From the human T2T-CHM13v2.0 reference genome, Homo sapiens: 64,000 nt of DNA. The translations under genes and the position numbers were made by a program. Under the pieces are notes generated by a model, which was not told the origin of the DNA, ran no database searches, and worked only from the letters and a program-made list of their open reading frames with translations. Below are positions 41,171 to 54,457 of the stretch, in pieces. Positions within the stretch are counted from its first letter, which is position 1. Every line of letters starts with the position of its first letter. The stretch is from positions 36,224,001 through 36,288,000 of the forward strand of contig CP068257.2 in NCBI GenBank assembly GCA_009914755.4. Direction: 5' to 3'.

Positions 41171-42375
41171 CTCTTCTTCCTCGTCTTCTAAGACCACCTA
41201 TCCTATTGCCCTCATGATGGGCCCCACCTTCATTACCTTATCTAATCCTAAATACCTCCCAAAGTTCTCATCTCCAAATGCCACCACGCTGGGGGTTAGG
41301 GCTTCATCATATAAACCTTGTGGGGACATGAACATTCAGTCTACAGCAGTCTGTAGACAAAAGGACAGCTGGGTCCTGACAGTTGCCTTCAGGTGGACAG
41401 TAAATAGGGCAGTGCTAAGACCAACAGGAGGAAATTTGTGACCAGAGACTTGGGGGTCTCACAGCTAAAGCTGCTTAAACATTATAGGGCTTCTGTGTTA
41501 GGTAGCAAGTGCCCTGTCTTTGGAAGCATCCAAGCAGGGGCTGGCAGTTTTCACCTTAAGGTTGTTACAAGTGGGATTCCTATGGAGGTGAGAATTCAGT
41601 TAGAAGCTCCCAGACCCTCCACTTCTACAGTTTTATGTGGGTTCACTCCATAAGCATTTTCTTCCTTTTTAATTCTCTACTGTGTGCCCAGGATGGTTTT
41701 TCTGTCCTGTTTCCAAAGCAGTGTGAGCAGGAGGAGGTTGTAGCCTTGGGTTGACAGATGAGCGTGCTGGGTATACAATCAATATGTGTGCTCAGAATCC
41801 ACACAACAGGCTTGGGTTTCTTGGTAACAGAAGTGCTGGGGAGATGGGGCTGCTCTATTAAAGTTTAGTTTCATAAACCTTATCCACAGAGGGCGATGAA
41901 AACTACAGCACATGGGCAGGTGGCATCAGGAAACCACTGCATGACTGGGCATGGATTTATTGCACTCTTCAATGCTCCTTTATGTGCCACTTACACGCAG
42001 CAAATACCAGCCCTTCGCCCCCAGCCTTTCCTCTTGCAGGGTCACCCATTAATGGAAGAAGGCAGACAGGTATAACTATGTTTCTTCACTTTGGCCAAAT
42101 TCCTCATGGTTTATAGAAAACAGCAAGAGGTAAGGCTTGTGAGAATGGACAAGCTCCAACTGTGGTGGGAGGCAGGCAGGGACACAGCAGGCCAGTCACC
42201 ACGGGCACTTTTAGTGCATTTGCCATGCCCAGCATCCTATTGCTACTAAATCGACTTAAGCTCGACAAAAATAAAAACAGTCTCTGCCTTACAGGCACTT
42301 TAGAGTTTGCAAACTGCCTTCATGCATGGAATGTTTCATAGGACACAAAGAAAAGGCAGCAATATTATTCCATAG

Positions 42376-42560
42376 TCATAGGGCTTGTGTGTGCGTGAGT
42401 GTGTTGTGTGCAAACAAGTGGGCATGCACATTTGTGTGTGTGTGTGCACTCATGAGTGATAGTGCATGTGTGTGGATGCATGTGTGTATGCTCATGTGCC
42501 TGTGTGTTTGTATGCATATGTGGGTCTGTATGTGCATGTGTATTCACGCGCTTTTACGCC
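42376..42560. repeat. Imperfect TG/TGC-rich low-complexity block, degenerate (TG)n
   Basis: gtgtgtgcgtgagtgtgttgtgtgcaaacaagtgggcatgcacatttgtgtgtgtgtgtgcactcatgagtgatagtgcatgtgtgtggatgcatgtgtgtatgctcatgtgcctgtgtgtttgtatgcatatgtgggtctgtatgtgcatgtgtattcacgcgc. Source of the reciprocal His/Thr-rich and Cys/Val-rich spurious ORFs 42326..42580 (+) and 42365..42547 (-). Confidence 0.9.
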
Positions 42561-43338
42561 GGTGCAGGCCTTCACTCTAGATAGTAGAAATAAGAGACCT
42601 GAAGTCTAGCTCCCAGCTCTGTCTCCAAGTAGTTGGGTAACCTGGGAGTTGCTTCACCTCCTTATGCCTTTGGCAGTTTTTGCTGAAAATGTAGGCTTGC
42701 CCCAGAATCTAGGAGTTGATAAACTCTTTTCTAGAAAGGGCCAGCTATTAAGTATTTTACTCTTTGCAAGTCCCATGTAGTCTCTGTAATAGTTTTATTT
42801 TCTCCCCAACCTTTTAAAAATGTAAAAGCCATTCTTAGCTCAAGCCTTACAAAAACAAGTGGTCTTGTGGCCCTGGAATAGAGCCTGCAGACCCCTACAG
42901 ATTACCCCTTTTAGCCCCAGCAGGATTGAGCCCCTGCCTAAATGAATGAGTTGTCACTAGCATGCATGCTTCACGTTACTGGGGAGCTTGTCATCTGATG
43001 GTCTTGCTTGACCAAGCACCTAGTGCCAGGTGGGACATGGCTGTGTTTCCAGGTGCCAGGCGGCGGGCACCGTCTTGGCTTCTCTGCCTGGGGGAAGGCT
43101 TATGTAAATGCATTTGAAGTTTCCCTGCTCCCAAAGTCCCGGGCTTCAGAACCAGACAGGCACGGGTCTGAATCCTCATTCTGTCACTTTCTGATTGTTT
43201 AGTGCTTGGAAAGTCATGTCACTACTCTGGAACTTGGACAACTGTGTTCAAAATTGTTCAGATTCCTTTCAGATTTGAAATTGTCAGATTGACTCTTAGT
43301 GATGCTTGACAGTTAAGCATTTTGAATCCCTTGGTAGG

Positions 43339-43344
43339 TATAAA
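43339..43344 (+). promoter_or_regulatory. TATAAA motif about 160 bp upstream of the candidate MGCIC start exon. Speculative core-promoter element.
   Basis: ggtaggTATAAAccttta read directly. No CpG island, so if real it would be a tissue-restricted TATA promoter. It could equally be a chance hexamer. Confidence 0.15.
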
Positions 43345-43503
43345 CCTTTAATGTTTGCAGGGGCTAAGAAATAAGTGAGCCCCTGTTGGCTTTCCAGGTT
43401 GGTGACCCCAGAGGACTGGTGTTCAAGGAAGCTGCCTGTTTGCCAGAAGCTGAGCTGCAATCCACAGAGGCATGAATGCTCGTCCACTCACCTGTTCTTC
43501 ATC

Positions 43504-43519
43504 ATGGGATGCATCTGTG
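43504..43519 (+). CDS. Candidate first coding exon: M-G-C-I-C + 1 nt, with a strong Kozak context and a perfect GTAAGT donor. Speculative.
   Basis: cttcatcATGGGATGCATCTGTG|gtaagtct. There is an A at -3 and a G at +4. The N-terminal Met-Gly-Cys is the classic N-myristoylation/palmitoylation start (Src-family kinases, G-alpha-i/o). I cannot match MGCIC to a specific human gene from memory. Confidence 0.15.
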
Positions 43520-46500
43520 GTAAGTCTATGTGTCTCCTGAAAAGTGTTCCAGAAGGTTGGCATCTGTTTAAAAAGTCTAAAGCAATGAAGTCACCTTACT
43601 ACTTTGCTCGTGTAGAAATCTTTCTACTCGGGGAACTGCATGTCAGGATTCTTGATTCTCTAGTATGTCTGGGCCTATAAGCCAGGTGTGTCGTCAGGGC
43701 TCTATGGATGCATTTCCGCACCTCACATCCATCTCACTTAAGAATGCATCAAGTAGCGCAGCAATGGCAGTGCCTTCTGCAGCTTAGAGGGAGGCACAGG
43801 TGTTCACCTTGTTCCTCTCAAGTTCATGGTCATGCTTGCTGGGCTGGCGGGCTACCACGACTGAGACCCTCGTCTCCCTCACTCCTCCTTTCCAGCTTCT
43901 CTCTGCATCTCAGCTTCCTGCCTCCTTTCTGTTTCCATCACAGCCTTCCAGGGAGCATCATCTCTCTGCCCGCATCTGTAGTCTTTTAAAAACTGCTACT
44001 CCATTGTCTACCCTGTTGCTGGGTTAACCTTCCCCAGAAGCCACATTGCCTTCTGCTACCCCAAGTTACCATTTACTCAGAAAACTTTCAGGCCTGCCCA
44101 AAGCCCCAAAGTAAAAGTCAAATTTCACAAAAACTCAGAGTTCCATAGTCTATCTGCCCCCAACCTACCCTTCTATCTTTATCTCAGAATATCTTTATAA
44201 GTAGAGTCACCTGGCTCTCATCCCCAGGGACCTAGGACCACTGGGTCAGGAAGAGGGGCAGACACTGGGCTGAGAGCTGTGGCCTGCAGGAACCCACTGC
44301 TTAAACCAAGCTAGGCTACTTATGGGTCCTAAATAATGTGCGTCTCACTTCTACAGTCAGAATAAAATAATGGAGGGCATTAATTATAAATGACTACCTG
44401 CCCTCCTGCTTCTCAACCTTCTGCTGCAGTTTTCTGCCTCCTTTGCCTTCAATGCTGGTCTAGAGCTTCTTGTTCTCAGAGAAATCTTCTTCCTTTTATC
44501 TCAGCACTTATGGCTGTTATTTCTCTGCCATGCTTTCTGAGCACTGTAGATGGTTCCCTGTGTTGGGATCCATCTGTCTAGCCAGTCCTATCTCATTCTG
44601 TCCATCCTATCCCTGGATTGACTGCACCCTGAGTGCTTGGTGAAGAAACAGGTTAGAATTAATTCTGAACTGAAAATCATTTCCTAGGAAAGGCCACTTC
44701 ATCACATAGCAGGGCTCATGGGGTCCTCTTGGGGGAGGTACAGTGGTGGGGAGCAGAGGAAAGGGTCTGACACAGCCACCTTTGTCAGTATTGCCCCAAA
44801 GCCTGGAAGACATGGACACAGGTGCTTGTGTCTTATGGTAGGCAGAATTCAAAGGTGGCCCCCAAGATCCTTGCTGCTTGGGGGACACACACCTGCTCCC
44901 AATTATCCAATCAAATGCTAAACAGAGACTTCTGAGAAGAAGAGATACAATTAAGATTCCCAATGAATTGACTTTAAGAGAGGGAGATGATCCTGTGGGG
45001 GCAGACCTGAGCACTTCAAAGTGACCCCATTCTTCCTTGCAAGAGAGATTTGAAACATGAGAGGGATTCAAAGCATGCAAGCCCACATGGAGGGGACACG
45101 TGGTGAGGCACTGAGACAGCAGTCCCAGGAGGGGAGCACAGTCTCCACCTGACAGCCACAAGAATGGGAATCTCAGTCCTGCAGCCTCAAGGAATTGAAT
45201 TCTGCCAACAGCCACGTGAGTTTGCAAGAGGACCCAGGAATGAATGCAGCCCTGCTAACACCTTGATTTCAGCCTTGGGCAAAGCCCAGCCAAGCCTGCA
45301 CTTCTGACATCTGGAAGCTGTGAGATGATCAATGGATGGTACTGCAAGATGCTAAGTTTGCAGTCACTTGTTATGCAGCAGTAGATGACTACTGCATGCC
45401 TTCTGCCCTCCAAACTTGCCTTTCTCGAGGTTATTTTCCTTTATAATTTATTAACACATGGCATCACCAGGCTCATGAATTGCACCAAGGAGTCCTGGGA
45501 AGGCTGTTATCTCTTGGTGGATAAAATGACACGATTTGCTTATTACGGATCCAACAGACATTCTCCCAGAGCAGAGTGGGCTGGAAAGAATGAGGATCCT
45601 CCACTTCTCAAGACTCTTTTTGCTACCTGCTGCCAAAATTCCTAGCCTGTTAACCACAGCTCTCCAAAAAATTGGGGGTAGGGGAAAGCTTATATTTTTT
45701 AAAAACCCAACTCTTGATCTTTTGTTATCAGAGCTCCAAGTTAACCTAACTCTGCACCAGAGGCCTGGGTCATGTTTAATGCTGGACTAGAGTATGCAGC
45801 TGCTCACTCTTACTGAGACACCCTTGGTTTCTCAGTGTTGCCTGGTGACAGCCAGACACCTGGGCACCACCTGCAGGTCCTTGCTGCCATGGACCAGTAG
45901 CTTTTCCCCGAAAGTAAGAAAACAGAGTTAATAATTTGGGTTTGGGGATGGATCATCCTGGGTCTTTCCAAGCTCCTTAAAGAATCTCATGTAATTAGAG
46001 CTAACCTGTCCCAATTTCAAATCAAAAGGTAACATGATTAATATACTCTAAAAATAGAGGTAGCTAAAGGCACTTTTAATAAGGCATCACGCATATAGGC
46101 TACTTTTAAGTATAACCTACGATTAAGTCTCTGGATTTGCCCGCTGAAGGAAGCTGAAATTGAGAACCCCTCTTAACAGACGAAGAGCTGCCTGCTGCCT
46201 CTCCATTTTCACTTTGCAACTCTTCAGCCTCCTTCAAAGCCTAGCTGTCACTCTGGCTTCAGAGCCATTTCTAGAACCTCTGGCTTCCACTTTTTGAGGG
46301 CTGGAATCGTGACTTTCAGGTATCTTTTCCCCAGCCCCTAGCAGTTTGCTGACACACAGAAAGCCCTCAGGGAATGTTGATTTAATTAGTTAAAATTCAA
46401 CTATTTCCCCCACCACCTGATCCAACCTTGTTTTTTTTTTTTTTTTTCTTTTCTAAATTTCACTCATCCTCTGTTCCGGCTGACAGACAGTAGTGTGGGC

Positions 46501-49039
46501 CATCCACCCCCACTCCCAGGAAGAAAGCCCTTCCTTCCCTCTCCTACCCTCACCACTGCCTGAAGGCTTCTGAGCCTGCTTGGGAAGCTCAGCTATGGTC
46601 TCCTGGTGACCAAGGAGTTTCCTGCATCCTGTTATCCCCTGCTGAGAACTTTGGTCAAGTCACCCTTGTGTGGGAGGCTCCCAAAGTGAAATAACTCTTA
46701 GACCAACCTTGTAAAGAACCACGGTAGGGCTGCTCTGTTTTATAGCCATACCTTACCCCAGAGTTAGCACAGGGTCCTGTATTGACTAACCCTCCCCCAG
46801 CCCCATCCTCATGCCTGGTTATGAATCCCAGGTTGGCTTCCTGCAAAACCAAGCCCCTTCCAAGTCGGGTTATAGTTTTCAGTGGTTGCTATCATGCATC
46901 CACTCCTCAAATCTTTTTTAAGTGCCCCTTATAGGCCAGTTACTGTTCCAGGTACTGAAACTCAGCAGTGAATAAGACAAAGTCCTTGCCTTCATGGAGC
47001 TTGCATTTTGGTGGGAGATAAAAGCCAGAAATAACAGCTGTGTATTCTAGCTGTAACCTAAATCTCAGGAAATGTTACGTGCTGTAAATTCAAGATGTGT
47101 AAGAAGATAATGAGTGATGTGTGGTGGTGATTTTAGGGTGGTCTGGGATCCCCTCTCTGATGAGATGACCTTCAAGAAGAAACAGGATGGATGTGAAGGG
47201 GCAAATTTTACAAAGTTCTGGGGAAAAAGGTGATCTGGAGAGGGATCTGTAAGTGCAAAGATCCTGAGGTTAGAACAAACTTGACTTCCAGCCCTTCACC
47301 ATGAAAAATGCCTCAATGATTGAATATAGCTTCTCTTTTTCCTATCCTGCAGAATGTGGAAGGAAAGTCACGGGAGCTGGGTCAAGGCAAAGGAAGACAA
47401 GATCAGAGGAAGCCTTCACCTGCTTGTTGGGCAGGTGGCCTCTGAAGCTGTGTGGGCCTGAGGCAGTCAGCCAGGCTGGCCAGACCAAGGCTTGTTGCTG
47501 CCATAGCTGGAGCTGTGTAGGGAAGGTGGGATGAGATGCCATGGGACTCCTGGTCACTCTGAGACAGGCTGTTCCCAATTGTCTCCATGACAGGCCCATG
47601 AAAACCAAGGCTGGCTATTCTGGACTTAGTGGGGTTGATGGGGATTGCAGGTGGTGTGTGTAACACAGGCAGCCTCACTACATGGTGCGTGTGATTTTGG
47701 GGTGCTGGTAACCCTTTCTGATTCCCCTCAGACACTTTCCTCTCTCTCTTCTTCTACTGCTCCCACATCATTCTCAGTAATTCCCTTTTCCCCTTCAGCC
47801 TCTCCATCATTCAAACCACAGGCTGAAGCTAATTGGCCCAGGAACAAAAAGAACACTACAAGAACAGATAGCAACATTCTTAGCTTTGACACCCCAGATA
47901 GTCTTGGAAGTCTGGGTTTTGGAATACAAGGGCCAGATGGATTTTTTTTAAGTTCTCCAAAGGTTGACTTTGGAACCAGGCACTAGACCTTGGAAAACTT
48001 AGAGCATAAAGATTTGGAAAGAAGATATGATGTTGTAACAGCAGTTTTCTCAACAAATAGAAGATAAGAATCCTACCATGGGGATGGGAGGAAGGTGGAT
48101 AAAATTTGGCAAGGAGAGAAGGATGTATGGGGCCCATGCCCAGCCATCTCCGTGAAGTTGGAGACCTGGTGGGGCAGGAGATACGAGCCCATGGGTGAGT
48201 TTGGGGATCACAACGCAGAAGAGATCTGCACCTCATTTGTTCATACGTGGCCCAGAGAGCTCGTAAACCAGTTAGTGAGCCCCACTCCTAGTACTGAAAG
48301 TTGGAGTGACAGGTGGGGTGTGCACCAGCAGAGGTGTGTGGTTTGGACAAGCAGCCAGGCCATGCTGCGGCCTAAGCAGCAGACAGAGCCGGGAGACTGA
48401 GGTCATCAAGGTATAACCTGAGGCCATCAAGTTACACCTCAGTGGAGTTCACAGAAGTTGAGACCTCAGGCCAGAAGCCTGCTTCCTCTCTCCACCTGAC
48501 ACCATAAGGCTATGTCAGCCTTCCCCAAACCCACTTGCTGTCTGCAAGAAGGAAGGTAGGAGATGCTGAGGGTGGGGCATCCTGAAACCTTGACCTGTGT
48601 GGGTGGTGGCTTCAAAATCAGATGTGAACCACACGTGACTGAGGGAACCTTAAACTGGCAAGTTGTTCTGCTACTCCCTAGATATGGGGGCTTGTGAGCT
48701 AAGTGGAGTTCAGGTCTAAAGAAACGAGGTTCTACCTCTGGATGTTTTGAGGTTTGTGTTTGTGAGATTCCTATCTGCAATCCCTCACAAATTGTCTCAA
48801 CAGGCAGAAGAGCCTATCATTTTATGATAAGAAACGAGCCTCAATGTTTGACAAGCAAGGAGCCCTCCAGAATCCCCATGCTGCATTCCTTGGTGCAGGC
48901 TTTAATAGGAGGAGGTGACGGCAGAAGAACAGGGTAAGAGGGGAGGGCTGGGCTGGGGAAAGGGGTGGGTGTGGTTCACCATTTTGCCCAGGGCCGGCTG
49001 ACCCTGAGAAGAAGGTTTTGGGTGGTGTTCCTAGAGGGC

Positions 49040-49470
49040 TGCCATGACAAAGTACTACAACCTGGGTGGCTTTAACAACAAACATTCATTCTTTCAGTTC
49101 TGGAGGCCAGAAGCCCCAAATCAAGGTGTCTGCAGGGCCACACTCCCTCTGAAGGCTCCAGGGAAGAATCCACTCCATGCCTTTGTCTGAGCTTCTCACT
49201 GGCCAGCAACCCTTGGCATTCCTTGATGTGTCTACAGACCCATCACTCCAATCTCTGCCACCATCTTCACATGGTCTTCCTCTCTCATGGCCATCCCATT
49301 GTCTCCTCTTTTAAGCACACCAGTCATACTGGATTAACATTCACCCTAATGACCTCATCTTAACTTGGTTACATCTGCACAAACCCTATTTCCAGGTAAA
49401 GCCACATGCATAGGTACCAGGCATTAGGCCTTGAGTATGTCTTTTTGAGGGACACAATTCAACTCAGTGA
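49040..49470 (+). mobile_element. Full-length copy (about 430 bp) of the LTR-like family (copy B)
   Basis: ctgccatgacaaagtactacaacctgggtggctttaacaacaaacattcattctttcagttctggaggccagaagccccaaatcaaggtgtctgcagggccacactccctctgaaggctccagg...acctcatcttaacttggttacatctgcacaaaccctatttccaggtaaagccacatgcataggtaccaggcattaggccttgagtatgtctttttgagggacacaattcaactcagtgag. Collinear with copy A over its whole length. Confidence 0.7.
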
Positions 49471-49569
49471 GCTAGCCTGCACAAATTCATTTTTTTTCTT
49501 CCTATTTCTGGATGCTGGGTTTAGATAAATCAGCCTGAAAAATTTATATACTTCCATATTAGTCTTCTC

Positions 49570-49927
49570 ATATTGCTAATAAAGACATACCCGAAACTGG
49601 GTAATTTATAAAGGAAAGAGCTTTAATTGACTCACAGTTCAGCATGGCTGAGGAGGCCTCAGAAAACTTACAATTATAGCAGAAGAGGAAGCAAGCACAT
49701 CCTTCTTCACACGGCAACAGGAGGGAGAAGTGCCAAGCAAAGGGGGAAAAGCCCCTTATAAAACCATCAGATCTCATGAGAACTCCCTCACTATCATGAG
49801 AATAGCATGATGGTAACTGCCCCCATGATTCAATTACTTCCCACCAGGTCCCTCCCATGACTAGTGGGGATTACGGGGACTACAATTCGAGGTGAGATTT
49901 GGGTGGGAACACAGCCAAATCACATCA
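49570..49927 (-). mobile_element. THE1/MST-type (MaLR) solo LTR, minus orientation
   Basis: ttgctaataaagacatacccgaaactgggtaatttataaaggaaagagctttaattgactcacagttcagcatggctgaggaggcctcagaaaacttacaattatagcagaag...ccccatgattcaattacttcccaccaggtccctcccatgactagtggggattacggggactacaattcgaggtgagatttgggtgggaacacagccaaatcacatca is the reverse complement of tgatatggtttggctgtgtccc...aattacccagtctcgggtatgtctttattagcagc. Confidence 0.88.
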
Positions 49928-50739
49928 ACTTCTCAAAAGAGTTTTACAGTCAATTCACATTTCTAAGTAAAAGAGCTTAAGACCTATTTTAACCTACGAC
50001 ATAAAAGACTTCTGCTTTCGTGGCCTCCTGTTGCCCTGGAAGACACTCCTGCAAGAAGGCTGACCTGCCTTCAGCTGCATGTCTGTACAGCAAACCCACT
50101 CAAGGTTTGACACAAACCTTCTATGTGTGAAACACATGCTGAGATTTCTGATTTCTGAGAGTTGAAAAGAACCATGCAATTGTAAATCATGTACAAAGGA
50201 ATAAAACATGGCGGCTCTGTGTGTCAAAAGGTTTTCCCCTGCAAGTCCCACAGACATGGGGAGTGCATCACATCGGTACAATTCAGGAGAACACTGCCTC
50301 TGACTCTGCCCGCCTCCCCCGCATCCAAGCAAGCAGCCAACAAACAAAACAAGCCCCAGTGAAGCTGTAGCCTACTGTGGGTTTCCAAAAACCTTTACAG
50401 AATCGAATCTGGCAAGATGGCACATGGGGGCAACCTTAATAAAAATCTTTCCTGTAAAATATTGCGCATTGAAAGTCAGGTTATAAATTCTGGAAATTTC
50501 TCCCTAAAGTTAAACACAAGGGATCCTGAGGGTTTACTCTGATCTCCTGAATCTAACTGTACGATGCTCACCTACCTATCTCAGAAAGGTGAGTGACAGA
50601 AGGACTGGGAAGCAGGGAAGGCATAGGGGACGGGCTTTCCTCCTTGCTTTCATAGGATACTTTCACAGGTGGGCCTCTCAGCTGTGTGCTGGATGGATGA
50701 AAGGTGAGCAGGTTTTGCAAAGGCAGGTTAGGGGAACCA

Positions 50740-50895
50740 CACACAGACACACACAGGCAAAGACACACACACAGAGACAGGTACAGACACACATAAACAT
50801 GCACACATAGACACAGAGACAGATACGAACACAGACACGCATAGACAAACACACAGGCACACATGCACGGACACAGGCATGTACACTCTGCACTG
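50740..50895. repeat. Imperfect (CA)n/(CAGA)n-rich low-complexity block
   Basis: cacacagacacacacaggcaaagacacacacacagagacaggtacagacacacataaacatgcacacatagacacagagacagatacgaacacagacacgcatagacaaacacacaggcacacatgcacggacacaggcatgtacac. Underlies ORFs 50568..50900 (-), 50589..50810 (+) and 50678..50908 (-). Confidence 0.9.
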
Positions 50896-52278
50896 TACAC
50901 GATGTCATTTTAGGTGTAGTGAGAATAATTTTATATAGAGATCAAAATTTTGCCTCATATCTATGAATGGTTCCGACTAGCTAGAAAACCATGGATGATT
51001 AAGCACTGCTTAGAAATGTGTCCCTAAAATCTACAAAGTTAAAAAAATCCCTTAATATGTATTTTAATTTGTGTAACAGGGGATTTATGAATTGAGTACT
51101 TGTAGGCTGTTTGGGTGAGAACATTTCCAGGCTTTCTTAGACCCAGCTGAACCTAGGAAGACCCTAGGGGGCCCAGGTTGCAAGTGTTTGAACTACCAGA
51201 TACCAAGCCCTCTCAGTGACCCCCTCATATATAAATTTTAAAGGCTTGAATATCCAAGTGCCAAAGTCGATCATTTGAGATAAGGGCCTCAGCTCTGCAT
51301 TTCACTCTTTCTTCTTGCAGCTGCTGTTCCTGTTGGAGGTAGCAAGGACATTGGTGCTGATGCTGGCGGCAGTTGTGGTGGTGCTGGGCTGGGTGTGGGT
51401 TGATGGTCTCAAGTGTGGGATGGGGAAGGGGTGTGGGATGGTGGGGGTGGAGACACGCATCACATGACTCTCAGATGATTCTTGGCAATAAGAAGACAAA
51501 GATTTTCATGTTGGGAGCTTAAACACTGAAGAATTTGCAGGTATCTTTTTAAAGCATTCTTGTGATTCTTCTTTAAATCAATGGTTCTCAACCCTGGCTG
51601 CCTGCTACAACCATGTGGGAGCTTTTGAAACATACCAGTGCAGAGACTGTTCCCCATTGTAATTCTGATTTAATCAGTCTAGGGTTTTAGAGTGAGGAGC
51701 TCTTCAGGAGATGCAAATGTGCAGACAGGGCGTTGAATCATTTCAGGTCAAATGGGGCATCCCAATACAGCAGTAAGAGTGAGAGGGAGCCCTGGGCACA
51801 GCCATTTCTTCTGCAGGAACAGCACTGATGTGGTCCTGGCTGATCGTAAAGTCACCTACCTCAGTTTTTAATAGTTATTACAAAATATTTCAAGCATTCA
51901 GGAAATTATATGGAATTTCTATGCTCTGACCTCCAGGTTTAATGACTGTTAGTATCTGGCTATATTTCTTGTTTATTAGTTTAGAAAATACAGCTGTAAA
52001 AAAATCTGGTGGCTCTGACTGGGTTGGGAAATTTGGGATACCTTTGGGCAAAATGTATTGAGAAGACAGGCTGCTCACTTAGGTCCCTGCTGGGTCATTT
52101 GCACTTTAGTATAAGTGAGGCAACAGGGTGAAGGCAATGGTAGAGACTTAAGGTTGGGCAAAGATGGGGAGGCAAGTTGGGAAAAGGGGTGCAGAATGGG
52201 CATAGGGCTTAGGATGTCTATGGCAACCCCAGGTTGTCCACTGTTGACCCTGGCAATGAGGTAAAATCTTTTCACTGA

Positions 52279-52662
<384 letters not shown>

Positions 52663-52707
52663 GGTTTCTTTCATAGTCTTATGTTACATTCCTGGGTACC
52701 CTTTTGA

Positions 52708-53014
<307 letters not shown>

Positions 53015-53892
53015 TGTTCCCCCTATTTTCTAGGGAAATGTTGACTTCTTTGGTCCATACCTTCTTGCAACAGCACTCGGCTCCAGCACTGTGTGTATAA
53101 ATGGCAGCCTGTGCCCTCTCTCACCTACGGCTGGAGAAGCCTTTTTTTTTTTTTTTCCTGTGCCTTTCCTTATTTGGAGTTGATGCTTTTTGACATTTCT
53201 GTCCAACAAATACTACCTTGGGTTCTGGATTATATTCCTACGGAAGCAGCTGACATTTCTTTGATCCTTCCATTTGAAAATATTTATTTTAAAAAGATTG
53301 AGAAAGGTAGAATTGACTTCTAAAATACTTCAATAAATAACCACTTTCAAGTTGCCATGATTCACTTTGGCAGAGAGATGCTATAGACAGATAACCCAGA
53401 GCAATGTCAAAAATAGACACAAACGAACCCTGCTCAATTCTGGCCTCTTCCTTTCTCTTTCTTTTCACTGATTCTATTCAACATCCTGCCTTCTGCAATC
53501 TTAACATGATCTGTTAAATTATGGTATAATCAAAACCCTGTCACCCTCCATCACTTATAACTTCAGGAAGCCTTATAATTCTTGCTTAACCATTCAACAA
53601 AACAAACATATCAGGGGATGGTCTAGCAAGCTTAGTTCTAGAAGCTTATTTATCCTTCTTTGATATCTGTCTAAACTCATACAAAGGAACACAAGTCACT
53701 TAGCAGATATGTGGAAGTTAGGTACAGCCTTGCAACATCACAATCACCAGGGAGCTTGCTGGAAAATGCAGAATCCCAGGCCCCACCCCCGATCTACTGA
53801 ACCAGGATCTGCATTTTAACAAGAGCCCCAGATAACTGCTGTGCACATTGAGGTTTGAGAAACACTAACTTACAGCATAAAAATCAACACTT

Positions 53893-54190
53893 GGCTGGGT
53901 GTGGTGGCTCACGCCTGTAATCCCAGCACTTTGGGAGGCCGAGGCAGGTGAATCACAAGGTGAGGAGTTCAAGACCAGCCTGGCCAAGATAGTGAAACCC
54001 TGTCTCTACTAAAAATACAAAAAAATTAGCTGGGTATGGTGGTGGGTGCCTGTAATCCCAGCTACTTGGGAGGCTGAGGCAGAGAACTGCTTGAACCCGG
54101 GAGGCGGAGGTTGCAATGAGCTGAGTTCGTGCCACTGCACTCCAGCCTGGGCGACAGTGAGATTCCATCTCAAAAAAAAGAAAAAAAAAA
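53893..54190 (+). mobile_element. Full-length Alu (AluS-like), plus orientation, with a TSD
   Basis: ggctgggtgtggtggctcacgcctgtaatcccagcactttgggaggccgaggcaggtgaatcacaaggtgaggagttcaagaccagcctggccaagatagtgaaaccctgtctctactaaaaatacaaaaaaattagctgggtatggtggtgggtgcctgtaatcccagctacttgggaggctgaggcag...gcgacagtgagattccatctcaaaaaaaagaaaaaaaaaa. Flanks aaaatcaacacttg / aaaatcaacattg. Confidence 0.95.
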
Positions 54191-54457
54191 TCAACATTGT
54201 ACCACTCAGCTCCCTCATGCAGCATTAACTTACCTGCCTAGAAAATGTGGCTTTACTACTTTTGACGCTGCTTTTAGGTCCCCTCTAGGTGAGGCAGTTT
54301 TAGGGAAAAAAAGCACCAATGATACAAGCATTTTCTTCAAATTTCTTTTGTTAATGTGAGAGTGATAATTACAGTCTCACCAGTTTTTTTTTAAAGAATC
54401 TAGAGATGTCCACTTTATTTTAAAATTATGTTCACAGTGTCATATTTTCTATTTTCC

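Noticed and set aside
44607-45227. 206-aa ORF on the minus strand
   Set aside because: The translation is Leu/Ser/Pro/Gly-rich with no motif I recognise, has no splice-consistent boundaries, and has no Kozak context at its ATG. It is consistent with a chance open frame in a GC-richer unique segment. It would need conservation or Ribo-seq evidence to revive.
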